This document shows positions 1 to 11,345 of a stretch of DNA of 64,000 nt, piece by piece. Within the stretch, counting starts at the first letter, position 1, and every line of letters starts with the position of its first letter. The notes beneath the pieces were generated by a model. That model had not been told where the DNA came from, did not search any database, and saw only the letters and a list, made by a program, of their open reading frames with translations. The position numbers and the translations under genes are program-made. Origin of the DNA: Eledone cirrhosa (Eukaryota); NCBI GenBank assembly GCA_964016885.1, contig OZ024742.1, positions 193,688,001 to 193,752,000 on the forward strand, in the 5' to 3' direction.

Positions 1-216
1 CTTTTACATTGAGGCTCGCGTGTTTCTTGAATATAATCATATAGCATATGCTTCGATATAAACCACAATTATGATTAACGCTATCTCAGGGCTACAGCCA
101 ATCTCTCTCTTTCTCTCCCTCCCTCCCTCTCTATGTATATATATATACATATATATATATACATTATACATATATATATATAAATATAGTGAGAGTGGGA
201 AAGAGAGTTAGATATT

Positions 217-280
<64 letters not shown>

Positions 281-310
281 TAGTGCGAGTGGGAAAGAGA
301 GATAGATATT

Positions 311-357
<47 letters not shown>

Positions 358-525
358 GGAGGGAGAGAGACGGAGGACCTGTCTTTCTTATTTTAATGCC
401 ATTAATGCAGTTATTATATTTTTCATAGTTCCGTTGAATGATGTAAAGAACATTATCAATTTTAGGGTCACATGAATGATCCACTAATTAAGAAGTGAGT
501 ACGTCATGGGTATAAACACGCTACA

Positions 526-585
<60 letters not shown>

Positions 586-991
586 ATCTACATATATATA
601 TATATATATATAAAGACACAGATATATATGTTTTGCAACGGGTCACTTTGTGGTTCAATGAAGAATTAATAAATTAAATAAAATAATCTGAGCTATATAT
701 CATAAAGCACATGAGGTAACTAAATATATAGACTTTTCTTCTAGTTTATTGTACACCAAATTCTGTTTAGTTGATTGTATATCTGGTCGATTTATACATG
801 CTGTCGAAATATTCGATAAATACTTCGTCGCAACCGCCGCGAAAGGCTGCTTTCGGTTATTTGTCAGAGATTTCTTCATAGGAGCCTTTATTATTATAGC
901 TTGGTCTAATTGATTTTTTACATGGTTAATTATGCTAATAGGGAGAGGAAACGGTATATATTTTATCTGGTGATTCTATAGACATGTTTTA

Positions 992-1044
<53 letters not shown>

Positions 1045-1124
1045 AAGTTATTCCAGGTGGAATCGGAGGTAACCACAGTAAGTAAGGTACTCAATACATA
1101 GCAGAGTACATCTATATATATATG

Positions 1125-1682
1125 TGCATGTATATATATACATACTACTGTACGTATGTATACATATATGTATGTACGTATACATACTTATATTTATGTA
1201 TCAGCCGGACTAAAAGTGAGAAATGAAATTTCATTTCAATCTTTACCATGTATCGTTTCCTGTACGCCCGGCCGATTACCTCACTCGATATGCAAATTAG
1301 GCTGCTCCGCCGTTAATATGCATAAGGAAAGTATATACTTTCAAACGTTCAATCATCTGACAGGAAGGTATACGATTCTGACGATAGCTAATAAGCTTGA
1401 AAATAGTTCATCGTTCCTTTGTAAGTGTTGAACAAATAGGGCAGCGATGGTTGCCGAACACTGTACGGCTTAATTCGGGCTGTTTGTTTACAAACAAACA
1501 GAACGTTATAATAAATGTTTGGTGAATCCATACGTATATATATATATATATGTATGCATGTATGTATATATATACATACTACTGTACATCTGTATACATA
1601 TATGTATGTATGTATACATACTTATATTTAAGTATCAGCCGTACTAAGAGTGTGAATGAAATTTCATTTCATTCTTTTCCAT
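1125..1682 (+). mobile_element. Non-coding HHR-bearing unit with ~125-bp direct terminal repeats (period ~434 bp) in (TA)n
   Basis: catactactgtac...gtatcagccg.actaa.agtg.gaa(a)tgaaatttcatttca occurs at ~1140-1250 and ~1575-1682. A homologous copy lies on the minus strand at ~57190-57560. Confidence 0.7.
1372..1414 (+). ncRNA. Minimal type I hammerhead ribozyme (slightly decayed)
   Basis: acgatt CTGACGA t-agct-aata-agct-t GAAA atag TT catcgt. Confidence 0.7.
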
Positions 1683-2716
1683 TTATATATATATATATAT
1701 ATATATATCATAGTGAGTTTTATATAATGTAATGATATATTGAGTTTACACTAAAACATTTTCCATCACTTGCATTGTCATGTCGGATCAAGAATTTTGA
1801 AATTAATTCCAATATTTAGTATTATTACAGCTAGCTAATTGCAGTGAATGCACGGGATTAGTGGAGCAAAGTATGATATTGCTTCTGGTGTTAACGTATT
1901 AAATGATATCACTTCAAGTTTGACTAACCTTCAGATGGCTTGAAAAATCCTTAGGTTCAAATCACGCCGATGTCAATCTAGCTGATAATAATGCTGGGGT
2001 TGAATAAAGTACAAATCGAGTACTGAATTCGAAAGTAATGTACATTACGAAAACTCATTTTCTTTCTTCTAAAATATATTTATTCAAAGAAAAATGTTAA
2101 CTGAAGAGGCACCAATTGTCAGATTAGATCCAGGAAATTAGGTTTCTATTGCTGATACTGTTGCCGGAAAGAAGTGGTATTTGGATTCAGTGCCGGATTA
2201 GATACAGCAAAGCATCGAGTTTGACTAACAATTCCACCAATTTATTTCTTCGGGAGATTTGAACTCATAGAGCAATGGGCTGGAACAAATATACTGAAGT
2301 ATCTAATCTAATGATCCTACTATTCTTCTAATTCACTGCATTTAGTCAAACGAAACTATAAAACTGTCTTTTATGAACTGCGCCATTATTAATAAAATTG
2401 AATATATCTATATATATATATATATATATGTCTAAAATTATCTTCATATATAATATTACAGTAATGCGATGACATGTCAAGTCTGGTATCATCAGAAAGA
2501 TTATTATAACAAATGAGTGACATATCTGATCTTTCTCTCATAGAAAATATTTAGCGAGATCAAATACAATAGAAAGGCTGAATCGGCAGCTGTAATATAT
2601 TATTTAATGTACATAGGTATAAAAATATTACTCTACTCTGCAGTTTCTATTTGAATATTTAATAAAGGAAATGTACTAATTCAATAATCGACATTCTATT
2701 TTACACACACACACAT

Positions 2717-2747
<31 letters not shown>

Positions 2748-2820
2748 TATATATATTGTGTGTGTTTATGTGTGTGTGAGTGTGTGCGCGTGCGTGTGTC
2801 TTTTTGTGTGTATAAATTTC

Positions 2821-3030
2821 GTATGTTTAATAAATAAACGTTTATGAAAGCCCAGCTATTAATAAAGGCTGACGGCCAGCGCCGCCAAGGAGATTCCAGC
2901 AAAAGCAGCGACGGATAACTGTCTATACGTATTTCGAGCTGATGTCTCACTTCGGGACACCGCTAGATGGCGCTGGTCGTCATCCTTTATTCATAGCTGG
3001 GCTTTCGTAATGGTTATTTATGAAGCATAC
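2821..3030. repeat. Imperfect ~62-bp inverted repeat (MITE-like fold-back)
   Basis: 2821-2883 versus the reverse complement of 2969-3030 (gaaagcccagctat.aataaagg.tgacg.ccagcgcc). Confidence 0.75.
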
Positions 3031-3055
3031 CGTATATTTTTATATATTCGAAATT

Positions 3056-3109
<54 letters not shown>

Positions 3110-3255
3110 TTTTGAGTTTATGTTGGTTGTATACCAACACCTCAGTATGCAGGCTGGAGCAGTCGACGAAGTGCGCAGGTTGGTTTGGTTACTCCGGAGT
3201 AGTGTAAAATAAAGTTAAATAAAAGTCAAATGATTAAAATCTAGCTTCGTTTATT

Positions 3256-3310
3256 ACTGCTATATATATTTCAGTGACAGCCATCTTTGGCTGTGACCTC
3301 TTCAGGCAGT
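3256..3310 (-). ncRNA. Minimal type I hammerhead ribozyme (mirror copy)
   Basis: Reverse complement of 4024-4078. Confidence 0.85.
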
Positions 3311-4023
3311 TTGAATTAGTATGGTATAGACAAGTACATATGTTGTTTAGGTGTATGATATTGTCAATACTCTGATATGCCCAGTTCCTTGTTGGATTGT
3401 TAATTCACTGGGGAACAGGAGTCATATGAATTCAAACAAACGAATTTTAGTGTCACAGGTCCCCTTCTCCTCTCATTGGTCAGTTATTAGTGTTGTCATT
3501 GTTGGAGTTAGCTTAAAAATTGATAAAATGGTAGAAGGGACAAGGTGTTGAAGGAACAAAATATCAAAAAATGTGTCAAACTTCCCATTGTTCAGTTCTG
3601 AGAGCATTCCTCAGTCAGAAGTCTATAGAATTCTTTCTGGGGTGAGGCTCCCTGTAGTGTTTATAGAAGTCTATAGAAAGAATTCAGAAGTCTATAGAAA
3701 GAATTCTATAGACTTCTGACTGAGGAATGCTCTCAGAACTGAACAATGGGAAGTTTGACACATTTTTTGATATTTTGTTCCTTCAACACCTTGTCCCTTC
3801 TACCATTTTATCAATTTTTAAGCTAACTCCAACAATGACAACACTAATAACTGACCAATGAGAGGAGAAGGGGACCTGTGACACTAAAATTCGTTTGTTT
3901 GAATTCATATGACTCCAGTTCCCCAGTGAATTAACAACCCAACAAGGAACTGGGCATATCAGAGTATTGACAATATCATACACCTAAACAACATATGTAC
4001 TTGTCTATACCATACTAATTCAA

Positions 4024-4078
4024 ACTGCCTGAAGAGGTCACAGCCAAAGATGGCTGTCACTGAAATATATATAGCAGT
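4024..4078 (+). ncRNA. Minimal type I hammerhead ribozyme
   Basis: actgc CTGAAGA ggtcacagcc-aaagat-ggctgtcact GAAA tatata TA gcagt; perfect stem I, palindromic stem III. Confidence 0.85.
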
Positions 4079-4122
4079 AATAAACGAAGCTAAATTTTAA
4101 TCATTTGACTTTTATTTAACTT

Positions 4123-4186
<64 letters not shown>

Positions 4187-5796
4187 CAAATATACATACA
4201 TGTTATATCGATGATTGCATCTGGGTCACCTACGTTATCCGCACTTAGCTCACCAGCTTTTGACTTCACTTTGCCTATATCCTCTATAAAAAACGATCAA
4301 CCAAAACATTCTCTACACTTCCGTGTTTTTACAAAACCACTCTTATTTCCATTCGCCATTTACAATCCCAATTATTCACAATCTTTCATCCTTTATTCAC
4401 AATTCTTAGGTTTCCGCCGCTTTTAGAGCCTGTTCCACCTAATTAGTCCTTCTTCCAGTGCCTAAAGTTGTTCATATGTCAGCCCTTACTCTCCGCATTG
4501 CACGTGACCGCTTGCTTTTTCCTTGCACATTCAATCCTAACAACATACCATTCAATGATCTATGCTACGTAATTTCTGCGCCCATTGTTTAGAATCACTC
4601 TTTCTTCCATATCCATAAACGTCCTCGACTTGCCCAATTACCTTATATTCAACTTTTCTATTCCTAATTAAAAAAAACTAGTTTATTCTCACGTATACTT
4701 ACATTCAAGTCTGTACCACAATCTCTGAACACTAAATCCGCTCCCGCTTCAATCATTTATCTCTTTACCTGTATTACTAGAAATGACATTTTTTCTCTTA
4801 AATGCACCGCATACATTAGAGCGAGTGATCACAGGATATCAGATCGTCTCAGCAAACCTGTACGAGATATTCGTTTCAATAACTCACATCAGTTGTTGCT
4901 CACCATTCCACCTCATTTGGTCATACACTTCCACATCTCCCAGTCTGTTGTACTCCTATAGTTCATTGTTTCACTGCTCCGGGCTATTACAATGGGAAAC
5001 GTTTCCTTTTTGCCTTGATTGCTGTTCCCATTGGTTTAAACAGAACAGTGACGTTTAACTAACCTCACCTTAACACTATTTTCTTTCACACTCAACCATT
5101 ATACACCCCTTTTATTTCGTACACCAATACATTCTTTGATTTCTAAACAAGCTCAATATACCACACACAGCGCTATACGTAAACGCACCTAATTGATTGC
5201 ATACGTCAGACCTTCACACCCATATAGATTGCGTACATCACACACACAAATACATTAACTCCACACATATTCATATCAGTAAATACATACACATCTACAC
5301 ATACAACCATACTACCAATTATGTGGACGCCTATGTACCTTTCTGCATAAAGATCACCTCCCCCTACTATTATTCGTCACTATCATCGATCCTTCACCCT
5401 CCCAATTTCTCCTAACCAGTTCTTACTAGTATCTAGGTCACCACACCCACTCCCTCTCTGTATCTGCCCTAGACTCTACATTGTTTTTCTACTTCCTATC
5501 CTAATGCTCCTGTTGTCGCCTTTTAAACCATATCTGCTCTCCATCATCGTATCGTTATAACACTTATTATTCTTTTCTTTTCCGCGGAGATTTGAAAAGG
5601 GGTTTAATCTGAAACCTCAGGGCCTTTTTCTTCATATTTGGCGCAAATAACTCCACTTTATAGACATTGCTCATGTTTTTATTTCTTGCATATTTGTTGT
5701 CGATCAGTTGTCTTCATTTACACATCTGATTACGTTGTCTTAAATTCCCACCTTTTTGTGTTCATTTGTTTTGTTATATTGTCTTAAATTATATAT

Positions 5797-6413
5797 AAAG
5801 AACATAAGGGTAAATTAGAGAACATAGAAATAAAAATTGAATGTACACACAGAAAAGACGCAATGTTTAGACAAATCACAGAGGCAATAAACATAAATGA
5901 ACTCCAACCAAAATTAAATAGAAAACATGAGTGGAACAGCAGCATCACAACTTATAATTAAGGACAAAATGAAACCACACACGTACATAGAACAAACAAC
6001 CAACCAGTAACATGTAAATAAACAAATAAATAAACGAATATAAACGCACACAGACACCCGGATGTAACACATGCGCAAATTCAGCACACAACACACACAC
6101 ACAAATAAGATGGCGTAGGACAGAACAAAGGAGAGGCACAAAAACAAAGAAAAAAATACCCAGTCACTGAAGAGGTCACCGACTGTATGACGAAAGAACT
6201 TTGACAATATATAAACAATCATCTGGTTGTGGAACCAACCAACCAACCGAAAATTTATAAATTACTAAATTTATAAATTTATTATAATAAATTGAAGTGA
6301 AAGCAACTGGAGTGTGTGTTTCTTATTGTCAAATCGACCCTCCCAGAGTATAACAATATCGGTTTCAACACACGTTTTCAGATAAAGAATCTTGCTAAAC
6401 AAATTCAGAAACG

Positions 6414-6415
<2 letters not shown>
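5797..6415 (+). mobile_element. PLE 3' fragment (end of GIY-YIG domain + pLTR + tail)
   Basis: Encodes KEHKGKLENIEIKIECTHRKDAMFRQITEAININELQPKLNRKHEW. Homologous to 41341-42228 (minus) and 55600-56267. Confidence 0.82.
6163..6205 (+). ncRNA. Minimal type I hammerhead ribozyme
   Basis: gtca CTGAAGA g-gtca-ccgactgta-tgac GAAA gaac TT tgac. Confidence 0.72.
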
Positions 6416-6470
<55 letters not shown>

Positions 6471-6939
6471 CATACATACATGGTCACATCCACACATACA
6501 CGCACGCTCAACATGCATGCATACATACATGATGGCTGCAAACTCTGCTAAGATTACTGCAATCGCTTGTCAGATTATCGAGTTTGGTACACTTTTATGC
6601 TACGGCCACACCACACAAACCTGTAACATAACCTGAACAAGCAATGCCTGTATTTCGGAGGGTTTTTTAAGTGTGGAAAGGCCTGGCACTCGACCAATCC
6701 CACTCTGAGCAACGAAATCACTACCCGAAAAGGAGAAGTTGTCATCATCATTGGATGCTTCCGAAGCCGCACGTTTTTTTTTCAGAGTTTCCCTCTCTTA
6801 GAAAGGTGTTGTGACAAGAACTGGGCGGCCTTTCACGCCGAGGTAAGAAAAAAAGTACTATTCGGATGGCCGTTGACTCTACTGTGTTCCTTCACCCTTT
6901 GCCAGGTCTTGTATTTAATCTAGTAGGTTGTCCAAATAT

Positions 6940-7246
6940 CACCCTCTTCAACAAGCTATTATGAACGATTACTGAATGAAGAGAATGCATGGGAGAAAGA
7001 GACCCTACCATAAGTGGAACCAATAGAGGGCTCAGCAGTACAAGTCAACAGCAGCGTAGTTAGTAAAGGAATTGAGGATATGAAGACTGGGAAAGCAGCG
7101 GGTCCATCGGAAATAGTTGCCGAGATGCTGCAAATCTCTGGGTCAGTACGGCACACCATAACCACAGGTATTGTTAACCAAATGATACTGGAGGGCGTCA
7201 TACCAATGGATTGGCGCAGCAGCATCATTGTCAACTGCTACAAGGT
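6940..7246 (+). pseudogene. RTE-like LINE ORF fragment (pre-RT region)
   Basis: YERLLNEENAW...MKTGKAAGPSEIVAEML...IPMDWRSSIIVNCYK; truncated by (TACA)n. Confidence 0.75.
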
Positions 7247-7335
7247 AATACATACATACATGCATGCATGCATGCATGCATGCATACATACATACATACA
7301 TACATACATACATACATACATACATACATACATAC

Positions 7336-10300
7336 AAGATGAATACTATATCCGACAGTAATGTCACACCTACAGTCAGGTTGAATAACTGGTTATTCTT
7401 CTAACTATCCCTTCTGAAGACACCTTTTATTCGAATTCGTAGAGATATCCGACTAAATACATAATTCATTTTACAAGGATTTGCTACAAATAGCATGGCT
7501 GAACACAACATCAACAACAAAATTAAGGAAGTACCGAAGACAAATAACAAGTAAGGCAATCAAACTTTATTCAGTTGTAGCTACAGAAGAAACCGAAATT
7601 ATAAATCGCATTTCTCTTGGAGTTGCGAACTTAATAATGATTTATTTAATTGTTATAAAATGGCAAAAAACAATCCCTCCATTGGCTATATGAATAGAAT
7701 GAAGCTACACTGGGACGAAATGCACCCAGAGCTAAATTATTTCACAGCGAAGCAATTACGCCAACAAGCGACGTTTGTTGAACGTAAAAATAAGATAAAT
7801 ATTATTAATTGTAAGTCCCCAACAACAAACATGTTATCAACAACATGTACTACAGGTCGCCATGCTACTAGACTTCCTAGCAGCCAGGTCGAACAGCGCC
7901 TTGAAACAACTATACCTGTAAGAAATTTGACACCACTTGTACCATCTAAGTCTACCTCGAATGCTGGGGAAAACACTATCGATAATAATAATAATCGAAG
8001 AAATAATAATAATTGTTTATACGTTAGGCACAAGGCCAGCAATTACCCAGTGTATTACTGGTACTTTATTTTATCGACTCCGTAAGGATGAAAGGCAAAG
8101 TTAACCTCGGCGGGATTTGAACTCAGAATGGTAAGGGCCGTAACTCTATGCGCCAAAGCATGGCATCCAACACTCTACCAATACTGCCAATCCACCGCCG
8201 TAGAAATAATAATAATAATCGAAGAAAATTGACACCACGTGTACCATCAGAGTATATCTCGACTATTGTGGAAAATACTATCGATAATGATAATAATTGT
8301 TTCTACTTTAGGCACAAGGCCAGCAAATTACCCACTGCATTGCTGGTACTTTATTTTATCGACCCCGTAAGGATGAAAGGCAAAGTCAACCTCGGCGGGA
8401 TTTGAACTCAGATCGTAAAGGGACGTAACTATGCTGGAAAGCATGGCGTCCGACCCTCTACCGATACTGCCAATCAACAGTATAAACAATTGAAATTTTC
8501 CCTCAACGAAATCTTCCAGAGAGAAATTCATTCATATATATAAATATCTCTCTTGCTGAACGTATTAAAACAACAATATTTTATAAAAATAAAAAAAAAT
8601 AATGAAATATTACGTGTTATTGAAGAAATAGGGGAGGAATATTTACGACAGATAAAAACCCCAACATTTTGGCAAATCAACGCCTGTTTATATGCCTTAG
8701 CAATGACAGTGACGCATTATCTTGGTGGTAGCAGAGATATTAACAAAAACAGAAAACCAACTAAAATACCATCATATATAACTAAAATAGAAAACACTAT
8801 TGCTGACCTACGAAAAACCAAACAAACACCAAAAAGCCTCTCTCCTCACCAACACAGAGTGAAAAATAAAATAGAGACGATGTTTGGTAACAGTAGAACC
8901 AGAACTCTCCAATATAAGCTGATCACCCTCAAACCAGAATTGAGAGCTGTTAGCGAAAAACGCCGATACCTGAAAGAGGTAGATGAGAGAAAAGTGCTTA
9001 ATAAAAGATTCAGACGAAACCAAACATCAGTCTATAGAGATATGAAGGACAAAATAATAAGTGTCACTGAGGTCCCATCCCAGAAAGACATAGATTCCTT
9101 TTGGGGCAAAATATAGGGTGAAAAGATTAATTTCAACCAAGATGCAGTGTGGCTGAGAGAAATCCGAAAGAACTATTGCTCCTACACTACAATAAAAACT
9201 TAGGAAATAAGTGAGGGTACTCTTGAGGCTGTGTTAGGAAAACTCCAAGATAAGAAAACACCAGGAAGAGACATGATTGTCGGCTACTGGTACAAAAAAC
9301 TGATATTCTATCGGAGGCATCTTACTGACCTCTACCAACAAGTTCTTAAGGGAGATACACTTATACCAGAATGGTTGACATTAGCACAAACATTACTGGT
9401 ACCCAAGAACAAAGACACCCACTTGGCCAAAAATTACCGACCCATTGCATTCCAGAAACTGATGTATAAGATGTATACAGCCTGCCTGAACCTATTCCTC
9501 CAAGATCACTGTGAAAATAATAACATCATCACAGATGAACAAGCAGCTGGTAAGAAAGGGGTTTGGGGATGTGCTGAACAACTCCTAATCAACAAAACTG
9601 CGATGTCGGAGGTGCGACAACTTAGGAGGAATATGGCTACAGTCTGGTTGGACTACAGGAAAGCTTTCGATTCTGTTCCCCACTCTTGTATGATAGAGAC
9701 CCACCAACTTGCTAAAGTCCCAGACATTATTGTCAGAGCCATAGAGAGGCTGTCTTCTTCTTGGGCTACTATCCTAATGTTAAAGACAGGGAGGGAGGAA
9801 TCTATTTTCACTGATAAAATAAAATATTGCAGAGTTATATTTCAGGAGGACAGTCTCTCTGTGATATTATTCATCTTGTCATTAAGCCCCTTGTCCTTTC
9901 TGATCAAGAAATGTGAGGGATACATTATTGGCTCAGAGGAGGACAGAAATACGAACACAACCCATACTTTCTTTGTGGACGATCTGAAACTCTATGCCAA
10001 GAACATGGTTGGGATGAAGAAAAATCTTGACCTGGTTACAACGTTCTCAAAGGATATAGGAATGGAATTTGGCCAAGATAAATGCTCATATGTGACTGTG
10101 AAGTGGGGAAAAACAACAACCCAATCTAGCAACATTGTCATCAATGGCCTAACTATTTCACCGATATCTGATGAGGGCTGCTACAGATACCTGGAGATAG
10201 ATGAGAACATAGATGTACATAATATGAAAGAGTACTGGTGGAATGTTCTAGTAAAAACCCCAATAAAATGCAGGCATAACAGACCAGATACTATGATATG

Positions 10301-10852
10301 GGACAGGTAGAAGAAAGCATGCACAGTAGTGGAAATCAGCTGCCCAGCAGATGCCATTATAATATCAAGGATTAGTGAAAAGGAGAATATTTATGCAGAA
10401 CTAATGAGAAATATGCAGATACTCCACCCTGATTAAACCTTCAGAATTATGCCTGTAATTATTCGGGCACTGGGGTATGTTAGTGACTGCCTCAATAAAA
10501 ATTTTGAGAAGCTAGGCTTCACAGGAACAGAAAGAACACAGCTAGTTAGGAATTACAAGTACAATCCATTAATGGAACAGTAAAAGTATGTAAAACATTC
10601 CAGAAATTTTGCATCTAATAACTGCATATACACATGTACAGATACAAAGCATATACACATGCACACATACAACTCAAAACATATACATTCAAACATACAA
10701 TAACATCCATATCTACACATGCATGCATACATATCTACCTAGTTGATGTTGTGCAATTCCAATCAGAGAGTCTTGTGTATATGCTAGAAACCGACTCTCT
10801 CTCTATTTTGTGAAATTTTGTGAAATTATGTGAAATTATAAAACCAGAAGAA
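7336..10852 (+). mobile_element. Decayed R4/Dong-like non-LTR retrotransposon (RT + REL endonuclease), family A, internally deleted
   Basis: N-terminus GYMNRMKLHWDEMHP...KQLRQQ; RT NYRPI, LDYRKAFDSVPH, FQEDSLS, FFVDDLKL (ORF 9231-10310); REL HNRPD...VEISCP. Contains stops. (TACA)n lies on both sides. Confidence 0.87.
8010..8476 (-). mobile_element. Two tRNA-derived SINE copies within a ~300-bp tandem duplication inside the R4-like element
   Basis: ggcacaaggccagcaa...atcgac.ccgtaaggatgaaaggcaaag...ggcgggatttgaactcag occurs twice; the preceding flank (ttgacaccac.tgtaccatc...actatcgataat) is also duplicated. Confidence 0.8.
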
Positions 10853-10877
10853 CATACATACATATATACATACATAC

Positions 10878-11345
10878 ATGGTGGAACCTGAAAATAAAAA
10901 CTGCCACCAAATTAAAGCACAACCGACCTTATCTTGTTGCTTGGGACCACACATTGAAAATGTTTTTCTGTTATGGAAATCAGCTGCTCACTTGATGTAA
11001 ACGTTGTCAGAAAAATACAAGAGAAGGAGGACATCTATGGACCATTGATGAGGTGTTTACAAATCCAGTATCCATGATACACCTTTAGCTTCATACCCAT
11101 CATTATTGGAGCTACGGGTTATATACCAACCCGCTTGGACCAATGTATAACTGAACTTGGATTTGCGGACGAAGAGCGCAACTCCCTAATTCATAGTCTA
11201 CAAATGGCTGCGATAGCTGGCACCTTCAAAATTTGCAAAACATTCTTGCGATTCAAGGGATGACAAATTCTTTTCTTTTACAACCTTGCCACCAGGAAGG
11301 TGGCCGGTCAAAAATATACTCGAGATTAAGAGAAAGAGAGAACAT
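10878..11345 (+). mobile_element. R4/Dong-like 3' fragment, family B (REL domain + 3' UTR)
   Basis: WWNLKIKTATKLKHNRP...EISCSLDVNV...FIPIIIGATG...ICKTFL; ends in (TACA)n. Confidence 0.8.

Larger units (their letters stand above)
3205..4129. mobile_element. 434-bp inverted repeat pair (inverted pLTR-like fold-back) with an HHR in each arm
   Basis: Arms 3205-3638 and 3696-4129 are near-identical reverse complements. The right end joins (TA)n. Confidence 0.88.

Noticed and set aside
4062-4073. Idea that HHR cleavage leaves a UAUA 3' end that primes on (TA)n targets
   Set aside because: Element ends lie 45-60 nt downstream of the cleavage sites, and most families have a non-TA stem III.
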